Program-made: the position numbers and the translations under genes
In this document: one piece after another, positions 23,701 to 36,439 of the stretch
Layout: every line of letters starts with the position of its first letter
Numbering within the stretch: the first letter of the stretch is position 1
Assembly: GCF_020745735.1 (NCBI RefSeq)
Contig: NC_083449.1
Coordinates: 10,142,923 to 10,206,922, forward strand
Source: Hemiscyllium ocellatum
Lineage: Eukaryota
DNA length: 64,000 nucleotides
Direction of reading: 5' to 3'
The notes under the pieces: generated by a model
What the model saw: the letters and a program-made list of their open reading frames with translations, nothing else
What the model was told of the DNA's origin: nothing
Databases searched by the model: none

Positions 23701-25055
23701 AAGATAGTTTTTGGTCAAATGAAAAGGCCTACAATTTGGGAAGAAATTTAGCAAAAGACGTGAAGGCTGCAAACATCCAAATTCAGCAAATGACAGCGAA
23801 AAGGGATTTGATTAACAAAGAGCAAATGAAGAAAACTATAACTTTGTGGAAGCCATTAAAGAAAAAAAAAATGTTGAAGTACTAATAAATGTGTAAAGAG
23901 AGAAATAGGTTGGTAAAGAGGACCATATATCAACTTACAACATAAAAGAGGGGAGTTCAAAATGGGGAACAAAAACATCTTCAAAAATCGCTAACATACT
24001 GTTGATCTCTGTAGATGGAAAAACTGAACCAAATCAGTATTATTTGGGAAATGATGTTGGGATAGTGGATAGGATTGAAGGTTGTGAAACACCAGGCCTC
24101 GATCATCTATGTCCCAGAGTATTTAATGTATTGGACTGAGTAATTGTGGATGCAGTGGTGGTCATGTTCCAAGATTCCATAAACTCTGCAATAATTTACT
24201 CATATTGGGGGTTAGCCAGTGTAAGCAATCCAATGGAAAAGGCAGGTAGGCATAAAATTGGGAACTATAGACCAGTCAGCCTGCAGGGAAATATCAAAAT
24301 GAAAGCTTCAATTGCGAAGCATTTGACAAAACAGTATTCAGGATCTGCTGGAGTCAGCATGAACATGAAGGGCCTGTTCCAGTGCACACTGTTCTGTCTT
24401 CTAAGCTTGACAAACCGACTGGCCATCTTTGAGGGTGTAAACATTAGAGCTGATGAGAGTGTAACAGTTACTGAGGAGAAGAACTGCAACTAACTCCTTG
24501 GACACAGCAGCAAAGGCTGAGAAGGAGGAGAAATTCTATCCTTCCACACTTTCTGGCGTGTGAATGTGAATACTGTGTCAGAGAGGCTGTCGGAAAAGGG
24601 CGTACGGTTAGTCTCACGTAACTGTGTTTGTGTGTCCGCTAACATCATGATATTTCCAAGTCTCTCTTATGTAACTCAAACATATTTACAATTCAAATTA
24701 TCTCCCTGCTCCCCTTTTAAACCCCAAAGGTAGATTTGAAGGCAATATATTTGTTAGTTTCACGATTTCGGTCTAAAACTAGCGACAATGTCACCGTTCA
24801 GCTCAGAAAGCGCGATCAGTGCAGCAGCAAAATGCGTTTAACTCGACAACAGAGCCGTCAATTCGAGTGAAAACTTTTCAGCCGTGAAGCTTCCCGTGTC
24901 AGGGTGAGGAACGATCGAGCCTGGCTCTCTGGAGATGCGGACTTTCAGAGGAATCGGAGAGTGTAGGCCTTTAGAGATACACAGGGAGGCAGCAGGAGCA
25001 GGGAGCTGACGGCAGGTTGTCCCTGAGCCGTCAGCACGCTGCCTTGAAGTTGCTC

Positions 25056-25258
25056 TGATTTGGAGATGCCGGTGTTGGACTGGGGTGTACAAAATTAAAA
25101 ATCACACAACACCAGGTTATAGTCCAACAGGTTTAATTGGAAGCACACTAGCTTTCGGAGCGACGCTCCTTCATCAGGTGATAGTCACCTGCTGAAGGAG
25201 CGTCGCTTCGAAAGCTAGTATGCTGGAGTATAACCTGGTGTTGTGTGATTTTTTAACT
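25056..25258. mobile_element. Penelope family B foldback insertion carrying two divergent hammerhead motifs, in the H1 upstream region
   Basis: 12-bp TSD ttgaagttgctc (25044-25055, 25259-25270); inverted arms centred near 25183. Confidence 0.8.
25146..25180 (-). ncRNA. Minimal hammerhead ribozyme (family B)
   Basis: CAC-CTGATGA-A-GGAGC(gtc)GCTCC-GAA-AGCT-A-GTG; the mirror copy at 25186-25220 has a mutated core (CTGCTGA). Confidence 0.7.
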
Positions 25259-25346
25259 TTGAAGTTGCTCAGTGCCGCCGCCAGCAGCTTCATTGCTGAC
25301 CCAGTTCAGACTGACCCAGAGAGAGATTCAGCGCAGAGTTCTCAAC

Positions 25347-25936
25347 ATGAGCGACAGTGCAGCCGCCGAAACAGCTCCTCCAGCCTCCGCTCCCATCAAA
25401 GCCAAGGCTCCCAAGAAGAAGGCGGCGGCTCCCAGGAAAACACCACCCGGCCCCGGATTGGGAGAGCTGATTCTGAAGGTTGTCGGGGATATCAAGGATC
25501 GCAAAGGGGCGTCTTTGTCCGCAGTAAAGAAGGCGCTGGAGAGAAGAGGGATCGATGTGGGAAAGCGAAAGACACAGATCAAGATGAGTATCAGGAGGTG
25601 CCTGGCGAACGGCTCCCTTGTTCTGGTCAAGGGCCAGGGCGTCTCCGGCTCCTTCAAACTCCCAAAGAATCCAGTCAAGGCAAAAGCCGGAAAGAAGGCG
25701 GGAACATCAGCGGCCGCCAAGAAACCGGCCGTGAAGAAATCCCCGGCCAAGAAAGCGAGCGGCAAGAAGACGCACCGCCAAAGAAAGCGGTGAGCAAAGC
25801 AGCGTCAAAGAAACGGACTCCCGTGAAGAAGGTGAAAAAGGCCAAGGGTCCTAAAGCCCCCAAACCCCTCAGCAAACCGGCTAAAGGCAAGGCCAAGCCC
25901 AAAGCGAAAGTAACCAAGACAGCAGCAAAGAAATGA
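25347..25936 (+). pseudogene. H1: Histone H1 with a 1-bp frameshift (pseudogene or assembly error)
   Basis: MSDSAAAETAPP...globular domain...GQGVSGSFKL and K/A/P-rich tail; one G missing at ~25772 relative to the paralog (acgcaccg vs acggcaccg); normal stop at 25934-25936. Confidence 0.9.
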
Positions 25937-25972
25937 ACCAGTCAGTGTAACATGTAACCATCTGAACCCAAA

Positions 25973-25988
25973 GGCTCTTATCAGAGCC
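25973..25988 (+). terminator. Histone 3' stem-loop (H1); HDE near 26003-26013
   Basis: GGCTCT-TATC-AGAGCC followed by ACCCA and gggaagagctg. Confidence 0.95.
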
Positions 25989-26673
25989 ACCCACATGTCT
26001 CAGGGAAGAGCTGAGCCCGGATCCAATGTTCCCTGTCCCGGCGCCGAGCGCAGACCTACCTCAGTTAGTAATCGATCTGAATAAATCAAATACACACTCA
26101 TGCCATGGTTTACGAGAGCGGAGACCTGTGAATGGGGAAGGTATCAAATAGGGAGGGGCAGGTTTATTGATCGCCATCTGGTTATTTCACTTCGCAACTT
26201 ATAACCCTACCGAGTCACGAATGTGACATATATTTATATTTCATTGACCCGTTCAGGAATTTTGTTCAGTTTTGATACTGGGACGCTGCGCATGTTTTCA
26301 TGGCGCGTTCCTTCCATCTGCCTGTTGGAGCAATGCCACGTTGTCTTCGGGCTAATTACAATATGAGGGTAATTTTAAAAACAGATAAAGTGAGATTCTG
26401 TCCCTTTATCGGTGTACGCTGCATTTGCTTTTCAGATGGCGGGTTGTTTAGATTGATTCAAGTTCGGTTGTTCAGTCGGTCTAGGCTATTTTAAACCGCG
26501 CCTTTCCTCCTGCCTGTTACAGACAGATCAGGCAATGATCCCGCCTCCCCTGTATGCTAGCAGTTAACTAGGTTTTAAATACTAACTATAAAATATTAAA
26601 TATTAACTTAGTTGCAGACGGATGTTTGCGTTTGAATGCTTAATTTAATCTCAGTGTTTGTCAGAGTGAATTC

Positions 26674-26840
26674 GGCGGGAATTTTCAAACTGACCAACGG
26701 CTATTTCACGTTACCCAATCAGATTCCAACAATTCTTTTCCTGCCCTTTCTGTCCCTTCCGGAGGTGTTTCTCTGTGGGCTGAGGGACAGGGCTGTATCC
26801 AATCCCAGCTCTAGGGCGGCCTCTCCATTCCCTTAAACAG
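26674..26840 (+). promoter_or_regulatory. H3 proximal promoter
   Basis: GGCGGGAATTTTCAAA (26674-26689), CCAAT boxes (~26715, ~26799), GC box, TTAAA TATA-like element near 26833. Confidence 0.6.
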
Positions 26841-26899
26841 GCAGCACCGCAGCAGCCTCAGCATTGACAGCAGCAGCCTGTGTGTGTTAGAGAGAGTAG

Positions 26900-27316
<417 letters not shown>

Positions 27317-27368
27317 ACGGAGCCTGGCCGGCCCTGCACATTCACCCCGAGAGAGAGAGAAACACAAC

Positions 27369-27384
27369 GGCTCTTTTCAGAGCC
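27369..27384 (+). terminator. Histone 3' stem-loop (H3)
   Basis: GGCTCTTTTCAGAGCC followed by a purine-rich HDE cagagagagc. Confidence 0.97.
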
Positions 27385-28123
27385 ACTAAACCATCCAGAG
27401 AGAGCGGGAAGCGATGTGGTACATTAATGTTGTAAATCAAGGAAGTAAAATGAAATGAGTTATAAGCGATACTGACATGGGCCGTGAAGTCATCTCCTGT
27501 CTTCGCAGAATTTATTGTGACAAATTGTGGAATATAATTTTAGCATTGTGGTAGTGGATTGCAAATTCCCGCTAATCTCCCTCTGTCTCGGTATTCATAT
27601 GGCTTGTTGGGGATGGGAAAAATTGGGCGCCAAGAGATCGACTTGTTACTTGCGGACATTGGAATCGTATTTTAGGAAGTGCATAGGAGCTGAGTAAAGC
27701 ATTTGTGGGGAATCGTTAAACAAGAGAGTCACAAGACAGTGGCAGTCAAGTTCCAACTACTGAGATCGCTGGTAATCGCAGATTTTGTTACAATAAATTC
27801 TAGAACTTAACTAATGGGGGATGGGATAGAATTGGCGCCGAAAGATCAACGGCTCATTTTCAAATGTAGAAAAGAGCGCGACGTTTTACAGATGAGAATG
27901 CGTAGGTACTTAGGCGTTGATTTGTCTATCGATGACAGAAGTGCAGTTCATACAATCTCACTTTATCCCCTTCCCTCCTTTACACCTGGAAGAAAAATCA
28001 CTCACGGGTATTTAATATGCTCTCTCTATGGGGGCAGAGAAGAAAGTCTATCTATGACCACACTAGTGAACAAAGCGCAGAGGGATAGGAGCCGCTCGGT
28101 AGTATTTGCTATTTCGACTGTAG

Positions 28124-28690
28124 TTGTACTGGGCCCTGGTGAGACCACACCTGGAGTACTGTGTGCCGTTTTGGTCTCCAAATTTGAGGAAAAACATTCT
28201 GGCTATTGATGGAGTGCAGCGTAGGTTCACGTGGTCAATTCCTGGAATGGCGGGACTACCTTACGCTGAAAGACTGGTGCGACAGGGCTTGTATACCCTT
28301 GAGTTTAGAAGAGTGAGAGGGGATCTGCATGAGAAATGTAAGATTATTAAAGGATTGGATACTCTGGAGGCAGGAAACATGTTTCCGCTGATAGGTGAGT
28401 GCCAAACCAGAGGACACAGCTTAAAAGTACAGGGTAGACCATTTAGGACAGCGATGAGAAGAAACTTCTTCACCCAGAGAGTGGTGGCTGTGTGGAATGC
28501 TCTGCCCCAGAGGGCAGTGGAGGCCCAGTCTCTCGATTCATTTAAGAAAGAGTTGGATAGAGCTCTCAAGGATAGTGGAATTAAGGGTTATGGGGGATAA
28601 GGCAGGAACAGGATACTGATTAAGGATGATCATATTGAATGGTAGTGCAGGCTCGAAGGGCAGAATGGCCTACTCCTGCATCTATTGTAT
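28124..28690 (+). mobile_element. Relatively young CR1 LINE 3' fragment
   Basis: Uninterrupted ORF ALVRPHLEYCVPFWSP...RTRGHSLK-like...WNALP plus 3' UTR. Confidence 0.85.
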
Positions 28691-29327
28691 ACTTACTGCA
28701 CTGGGTCAATTCAGCTCTTCCTGATTCAGTTAAAAGGAATGTGAAACCACAGTCAAACCCGATCGGGGACATTTCTCGTTCTGCAAGTACCAATTCACCA
28801 TGTGGGTGTGTGTGTTTTCCGGGGGGGGGGGGGGGGCGGGAGGTGTATGAGTGTGTGTATTCGAGTGTTAAGTGGTATAGACGTACTTCTGCGAGAGGGT
28901 GCATGCCTGAGTGACGGAGTGTGTTTGAACGTATGCGAGAAGGTCTCCGTGAGTGTGTGTGTGTACTTCGCTCATAAGCTATATGAATCCACGCAAGAAT
29001 CTGTAAATCTATTTTTTTTTAAGATTAGAATCAGTCTGAACATTGTGGCACAGAGTCTCACACACGGCAGCTTGCACCTTCAAGGCATTATCTGGGCCAA
29101 CGTGACACCAGTTGTTCAAGCAGGTGATGGAAGCTCCGAAAGCTGGTGCATACAGATAACAGATAAGCTGGTGTTGCGTGATTTTTAACTTTATACACCC
29201 CAGTCCAACATCAGCATCTCCAAACCACAAGTATTCAATAACAAGGCGATAGTAATTGACTGGTCTCAGGTACAAAGTTCAAGCTTCTCCACATTAAAAA
29301 TAAAATAAATCCGACAGAGAAGACGGT

Positions 29328-29442
29328 GTAGCCCGTTTCACGGGTGCCGTGGGTGGCTCTTAAAAGAGCCTTTGGGTTGTCAGATTCAAGAATGGTGTCT
29401 CCACTTTTTAACGGCTCCTGCAGCGGCGGTTTTCTTGGGCAA
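29328..29442 (-). pseudogene. Orphan H2A 3' end (last codons, 3' UTR, stem-loop at 29355-29370)
   Basis: Encodes [14 protein letters not shown]; 3' UTR and GGCTCTTTTAAGAGCC nearly identical to the H2A gene ~280 bp away. Confidence 0.85.
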
Positions 29443-29636
29443 TTCAGCTCTTCCTAGATACCTGCATATATTTCGCACTTGTGTCACAGCCATCAAGAAA
29501 GGTTTCATATTAGATCACATACACCCAATGACAGGACAGTATCGAATATGGAAGGGACTGAACCCGATAATAAATAATTAACGGAAGGTAATTCAATCCG
29601 ACGGAGGGAATAGCTCCTTTCATAGATGCTGTGAGT

Positions 29637-29652
29637 GGCTCTTAAAAGAGCC
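29637..29652 (-). terminator. Histone 3' stem-loop (H2A)
   Basis: GGCTCTTTTAAGAGCC, HDE gaaaggagcta. Confidence 0.97.
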
Positions 29653-29682
29653 TTTGGGTTGTCAGATTCAAGAATACTCTAT

Positions 29683-30321
<639 letters not shown>

Positions 30322-30654
30322 AATTTACAAACAAAGGTGTGCGTACTATATTGAAAAATGAAGTACAAAAACAGGAGGAACTTTTATAAAATACTTGTCT
30401 CTTAATTTACTTTTAGTTTATAAATGTATACTTCACTCGATCTGTCGCTTCCTCATTTGCCAACCTACATCCGTCCATTTCTGATTTGAGTGGGTAATTT
30501 TCTAAGCCTTAAGAAGCTGAAACGAAACAGGCCAAACACTGCAGTCTGCGCATGACTCCTCACTTCACATTTCAGTAGCATCCCGGTATCCTGATAAAGC
30601 AGCACACAACATTCTGCCGGCTCAATATCGATGGCGAATATAATGTTTAGACAA

Positions 30655-30995
30655 CATATTGCCTAGCTATCATCATTGTTAACAGCTAACCTGAGAATGC
30701 AACTTTTTAAAAAAAGGTTTTGTGATTTACACATGAAAGAAGTGGAAGTATCATGGTATTCTAACAGACGAAAGGCGTAACAGACAATCAATTTTTCAAT
30801 GCAAACTTTTAGTTACATCACACTGTAAATTGTTGCTATAAACTCTGCGTTAGGACTGAGCCCTCCACTACCACCTGAAGGAGCGTCGCTCCGAAAGCCA
30901 GTGTGCTTCCAATTAAACCTGTTGGACTATAACCTGGTATTGTGTGATTTTCAACTTTGTACACACCAGTCCATCACCGGCATCTCCAAATCATG
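30655..30995 (+). mobile_element. Penelope family B 3' terminal fragment with a damaged hammerhead
   Basis: cacctgaaggagcgtcgctccgaaagccagtg...ggcatctccaaatca matches 25056-25180; flanked by the repeat tgtttagac. Confidence 0.7.
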
Positions 30996-31249
30996 TTGTT
31001 TAGACGATATTTTAAAGCTGTCATCCTTATTGCGCTCGCTCTCAGATTCAGCAAATTCACCACATTTCAACCCGGCAGCTTTTTTGGCGTTCTCTCGGTT
31101 CCCTTTGAAAGCCTCTTACCGACAGCAGAAAGTGCTTAGGTTTTTGCATTCTGAAAAATCGGATTATACCCGCGCATTGCAAATTTCTTTTTAAAAATCA
31201 GATGAAAATGCATGCGATGAAAAATATGGACAAGTATGATTTAATTTCA

Positions 31250-31460
31250 TTACTTACCGTATGGTAACTGGCCCTTCGGCCCAAAAAGTCCACACGGCCC
31301 CGCCGAAGCTCAACCCACTCAGACCCATTCCCCTACATTTACCCCTCCACCTGACACTACGGGCAATTTAGCATGGCCAATTCACCTAACCTCCGCATCT
31401 TTGGAACGTGGGAGGAAACCGGAGCACCCGGAGAAAACACGGGGAGAATGTGCAAACTCC
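31250..31460 (-). mobile_element. HE1-like SINE, 5'-truncated
   Basis: Matches 37590-37790. Confidence 0.8.
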
Positions 31461-31734
31461 AGCTCGTCACCCGGTTATAGTCCAAGGCTTTTAGGGCTCT
31501 ACCAGAGCTTTTACCAACGTTAAATAAACAAAAAAAGACTCCCTGACGTTTAATCTGCCTAGTCCCAACAGACAGGGGAGAGGCTGTTTATGCAATCTTT
31601 CCCGCAACATACCTCATTAATTTGCAAATGTCTAATAGCACTACAAATAAAATTTTGTGAAGAATCATATATAAACTAAAACAAAACAATCTTTTAAAAT
31701 AAAACAATTCAGCTCAGTCTGGGATGTTGTAGGT

Positions 31735-31750
31735 GGCTCTTATAAGAGCC
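31735..31750 (-). terminator. Histone 3' stem-loop (H2B)
   Basis: GGCTCT-TATA-AGAGCC followed by ACCTA and a gagctg HDE. Confidence 0.95.
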
Positions 31751-31793
31751 TTTGGGTTGTGGATGTGTGTTTGTTTCAGTACAATGCGGTCCT

Positions 31794-32174
31794 TCACTTG
31801 GAGCTGGTGTACTTGGTCACCGCCTTTGTACCCTCCGACACGGCGTGCTTGGCCAGCTCCCCGGGCAGCAGCAGCCGCACGGCGGTCTGGATCTCCCGGG
31901 AGCTGATGGTGCTGCGCTTGTTGTAATGGGCCAGTCGGGAAGCCTCCCCCGCGATACGCTCGAAAATATCGTTGACGAACGAGTTCATGATGCTCATGGC
32001 CTTGGAGGAGATGCCGGTGTCAGGGTGAACCTGCTTCATCACTTTGTAGATGTAGATGGAGTAACTTTCTTTCCTGGTCCGCTTCCTCCTCCTGCCGCCC
32101 TTCGCTGGCGTCTTCTTGATGATTTTCTTCGCGCCCTTCTTGGACGCTTGCTGCGCTTTCTTCTCATCAGCCAT
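31794..32174 (-). CDS. H2B: Histone H2B (126 aa)
   Basis: [17 protein letters not shown]...[27 protein letters not shown]...KYTSSK; ATG at 32174. Confidence 0.99.
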   Translation of the reverse strand: MADEKKAQQASKKGAKKIIKKTPAKGGRRRKRTRKESYSIYIYKVMKQVHPDTGISSKAMSIMNSFVNDIFERIAGEASRLAHYNKRSTISSREIQTAVRLLLPGELAKHAVSEGTKAVTKYTSSK

Positions 32175-32225
32175 AGCGCCGCTCACTTTCAGACACAGAA
32201 TAAGGGAAAGCGGGCTCGGAGCTCG

Positions 32226-32340
32226 CTTTTTATAGAATGACGACGTCATCAATGCTAATGAGGGATGGGAGAAAGTCTCTTTCCTGATTGGGTAGTTTAC
32301 ATAGAATCGTTCCCAAACACTCAGTCTCTGTGATTGGTTC
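32226..32340 (-). promoter_or_regulatory. H2B promoter: TATA, CRE-like, octamer variant, CCAAT
   Basis: CTATAAAAAG (32226-32235), TGACGTC (~32242-32248), ATGCTAAT (32252-32259), CCAAT near 32287 and 32333. Confidence 0.75.
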
Positions 32341-32412
32341 CTGTGGGATCCAATGTGGATCTGTCAGAATCTGCAACGAAATGTGAAGTGAATGGTGATT
32401 CTGTTACTGTCA

Positions 32413-32527
32413 TGATTTGGAGATGCCAGTGTTGGACTGGAGTGTACACAGTTAAAAATCACACAACACCAGGTTATAGTCCAACCTGTACCTGTTGGAC
32501 TATAACCTGGTGTTGTGTGACTTTTAA
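32413..32527. mobile_element. Penelope family B foldback remnant
   Basis: Inverted arms aaatcacacaacaccaggttatagtccaac / gttggactataacctggtgttgtgtga; 12-bp TSD ctgttactgtca. Confidence 0.75.
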
Positions 32528-32719
32528 CTGTTACTGTCAGTCTGACTGAGGGAGATTTGTTTTGTGTCTGTTACACAGAAAGTGACTGTGGCATTGGCTC
32601 GGTTTCCTTCTGCTCGTTGTTGTGATGATGTGGAAGTGGAAGGGCGTGTTTCTAGCTCCGCGTGTCTGTTCCTGGTCCTCTCTCTGGGCTGGAACTAACA
32701 CTGAGCTTACCATTTTTCT

Positions 32720-32950
32720 CAGTGGCTAGCCTGGGACCCTGCTTCGATTCCAGTTTCGGGCGACTGTCTTTGTGGACTTTGCACGTTCTCCCTTGTCTGA
32801 GTGAGTTTCCTCCGGGTGCTCAGTTTTTCCTCTCACACTTCAAAGACATGCAGGTAGGTGAACTGGTCATGCGAACTGCCCATAATGTTCTGGGATGTGT
32901 AGGTTAGGTGCATCAATTAGGGTAAATGCAGAATAATGGGGAATGGGGCT
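32720..32950 (+). mobile_element. Degenerate HE1-like SINE
   Basis: B-box-like ttcgattcc and the conserved core tgtggactttgcacgttctc...gtttcctccgggtgct. Confidence 0.65.
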
Positions 32951-34389
32951 GGATAATTTCCACAACTTTTATTCGATGGTAATTTTATGATTGTAAGGTA
33001 TTTTCTGGATTGGTCAGTCTCTGGTCTGAATGTGTACTTTGAATTTATTGTTCACGTGTTTATAACAAGACCAGTATGAGAATTATTTCATTCTGTATCC
33101 AATAAGCTCTGGATATCTTTTTAAACGTGCACCTTTTCATGTCAATGTTTGATTTCCCTTTGGACTTTTGAAAACAAAGTATTTATTCAGTCATTTCATC
33201 TGAAATGTATTCTGTTTTAACCTTGTGGAAACAAATTAAATTGCAATATTTGTTTCAATCTGGCACTTGGCCTGCTATTTAATTCCTCCAATTTGGACAA
33301 CAAGAATTGTCACATGAATTACATACAGTCAGAGAGTCAAACAGCATGTTTAAACCATGGTGAGATAACTGGATGAATAATTAGTCTGGATTTTTATTTA
33401 CTTCTTTCCCTACTTAAGTGGAATACATTGTGAACATACAGTAGGTTCAGTATTTTCTAATAAACAAGTAGAATTTACTTTTTGACCAAGGTGATACTAT
33501 GCATTTAACATCTATAGGAAGTTCACTTGTACACAGGGGCTGACACACTCTCACACTGTCCTGGATAACTTGTTTAATGAAATGCTAGTTCTCCCAACTA
33601 TGAGATCTTTGAGGTCATTTTCCATTTTTGCCAATAGACCTACTAACCTGACAGTATTTCTGTATGTTGCAAGTTATTCTGTACCCACTGTGTATTGGCA
33701 TCATCTCATTCTTTGGTATGTCCAGAAATTATCAGTTTCCTTCAAGTCCTTCCTTACATGAATAAGGACAATAACTGGTGCAGTCTGCAACTGTTTGTTC
33801 TTCTGAGAGTTCCGAACTCATCTTGTTTCTTCCATTCACTTACACGGTTTGTGTACTTGGGAAGTACTTTCTACCTGTCAATCTGTGCTATTCACTGGGA
33901 CTGATAATATGGTTTATTGCCCTTCAAAACTCTGCTCAGGTATGACAGACTGAACAGATTAGAGCCATGTTGCCTCGTGAAAGACTTGGAAACTAAATTT
34001 AATGTTGACTACTTGGGCTGTTGTGTACATGCACTGATTTTATGTATAAAAAAGATTTTTGAAAGAAACAGTTATGATACAGGAAGGATGCGCACACTCG
34101 ATGGAAGCAGGATCAATCTTCCTGTATTGTGTTACTGAGCTGTTTAAATGATTGCTATTAAGTGGACAGCCAGTAGCAAAGGAGAGAGTTTTCAGTTCAT
34201 GTTTCCTTAAGTGATTGGGAAAGACTGTTTGCGCCTGTAGAATTCACAGGCAAGTGAAACCCCAACACATGGTTATAGAACAGATCTGTGCTGTTCTTCA
34301 GAGTCAAGGAGGTAAAGGCAATTGACCATTGCAACTCTGATGGTGCAGAGTCTAACTGGGAGTAGTGATATCAAGGTACGGCCTTCAGA

Positions 34390-35030
34390 GAGTCATACCA
34401 TTATACAGCATGGAAACAGATCCTTTGGTGCAAGCAGTTAGTGCTGACCTGAGATCCTAATCTGACTTTGTCCCATTTAAGTTAAAAATCTCACAACACC
34501 AGGTTGTAGTACAATAGGTTTATGTGGAAGCACCAGCTTTCAGCTAGTGCTTCCAAATAAACCTGCTGAACAAGAAACTGATGTAGTCTGATTCTTAACT
34601 TTATCCACCCCAGTCCAACACCTCACCTCCACATCATGGCTAGTCACATTTGCCAGCATTTGGCACATATCCCTCTAAACTGTTCCTATTCTTGGATATA
34701 TCCAGGTGCCCATAAAATGTTGTAATTGTACTCACCACCTCCAATTCCTCTGGTAGTTCATTCATACAAGCACCACTCTCTAGGTGATAAAGTAACCCCA
34801 CAGGCCCTTTTAAAATCTATTTTCCACAATTCAAACCTGTGCCCTCTATTTTTGCACTCACCCACATTCGGAAAATGACCAGGGCTATTCGCCTTATCAT
34901 GCCCCTCATGATTTCCTCAACCTGTACAAAGGTCACACCTCATTCTCTGACAGTCTAGGGAACAAAGCAACAGCCTGTTCAGCCTCTCCCTCTAACTCAA
35001 AACCTCCAGTCCTAACAACAAAACATCCTG
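34390..35030 (-). mobile_element. CR1 3' end with a Penelope family B insert (~34480-34640)
   Basis: Reverse complement of a CR1 3' UTR and C-terminus (catggaaacag...tcccattt...cctctaaac). Confidence 0.65.
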
Positions 35031-35079
35031 ATGAGAGTAGTGCAGTTGACGTAGTATACATGGACTTCTGTATGGCCTT

Positions 35080-35775
35080 TGTCAGAACATAACCCACGAC
35101 TGAGGATGAAAGAATCAGCAGGCAGGCAGGATTCAGACAAGTGGTTGGTATTTATTCAAGCAGAAACTAGTAAGTGCAGGGAGAGGGCCAAATGATCTTC
35201 CCCTGAGACTGGCCTCAGAAGAAAGGTCCATGACAGCCTGATTTTACAATAAAAAGGAGTACTTTTTATAAACTTTGTTAGTAATCACATTGTATGTAAT
35301 TATCATGTTCCTCCCCCTTACTTTGCATACTCTATTCTATGAGTCACCTAACCAATGATTGGTATTTCTATGGACAGCCCCAGGATTCCCTGACCTCTCA
35401 GAATTTAGCAGACACTGTAATCTCTTGGCAAAAGTGAGGACTGCAGTTGCTGGAAACCAGAGTTTAGATCAGGGTGGTGCTGGAAAAGCACAGCAGATCA
35501 GGCAGCAGTCGAGGAGCAGGAAAATTGATGTTTCGGGCAAAAGCCCTTCATCAGGAAGCCTCCAGGGTGGAGAGATAAATGGGGATAAATAGAGATAAAT
35601 GTAATCTCTAGGCCTTGCGATCTTTCTGTGCATCCTATTCATTCACATTCCAAAGTTATTTGCTGAACACCTTCGGGTTTCTCTGAGGCTAGCTTGTCTC
35701 TAGGGACACCTTGAATGCTGTTATTCATTGTATTCCATTTTATCAAATTCAATTGCTCTTCTTATATTCCCAACA
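35080..35775 (-). mobile_element. Possible LTR, containing a Penelope fragment (~35425-35600)
   Basis: TG...CA boundaries at an abrupt end of CR1 sequence, minus-strand AATAAA near 35153; no TSD found. Confidence 0.35.
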
Positions 35776-36439
35776 GTCCTAATTATATATGAAGAAAAAA
35801 CAAACGACAGTCTGTTTTGACTTAATTGCTATCAACTTGTAATCTTAATTTGTTATAAAAACTTAGTTACAAAGTGTAAGGTAATGTTAGCACTTTGTGA
35901 TTAATGAGCTGTGAGCAATCTATTTTGTTCTGGGTGTAAAAGAAGGCGTTACCTAAAGCTAACTAACCTTCACTTCCAGGTTTAAATGCTTCTTTTCCTC
36001 TTTATGTTTTTGTATTATGCACCTATTTTTTATGTTGAAAACTACTCTTTGTGATAATCTTTGTCATAATATTCTAACAGATTTCAAGAAACTGAGTACT
36101 ATAAGATAACTTTAGCTGTTGCACCCTCAGCTGTTTTAAGGCATTAATGGGCTGTAACTAGCATCTGGTATCTGTTCATTAACTGGGACAATTACCCTTT
36201 CATTTAATGTGGCTGGAGTTACTCATTTATTGGACCTTAGGTCTTCTTGTACTTTTTACTGTCCTTGCAGTGGCTTGTTCAATGGTATCATTATGTCCCA
36301 CTGAGTGTAAGTAGGTTGTTTAGCTTAGTTTCTGCCTCAATTCTGTTTCACATCCTGCTGTTTAATTCTACTTTCACTTACACACCAGTTTGTGTTAACA
36401 GACATGGGCCACTCTATTCTGTCCAGACACAGGCCACCA

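Noticed and set aside
28800-28970. G16 run and GT-rich tract as a functional G-quadruplex
   Set aside because: Simple-sequence tract next to a transposon remnant; homopolymer length is unreliable.
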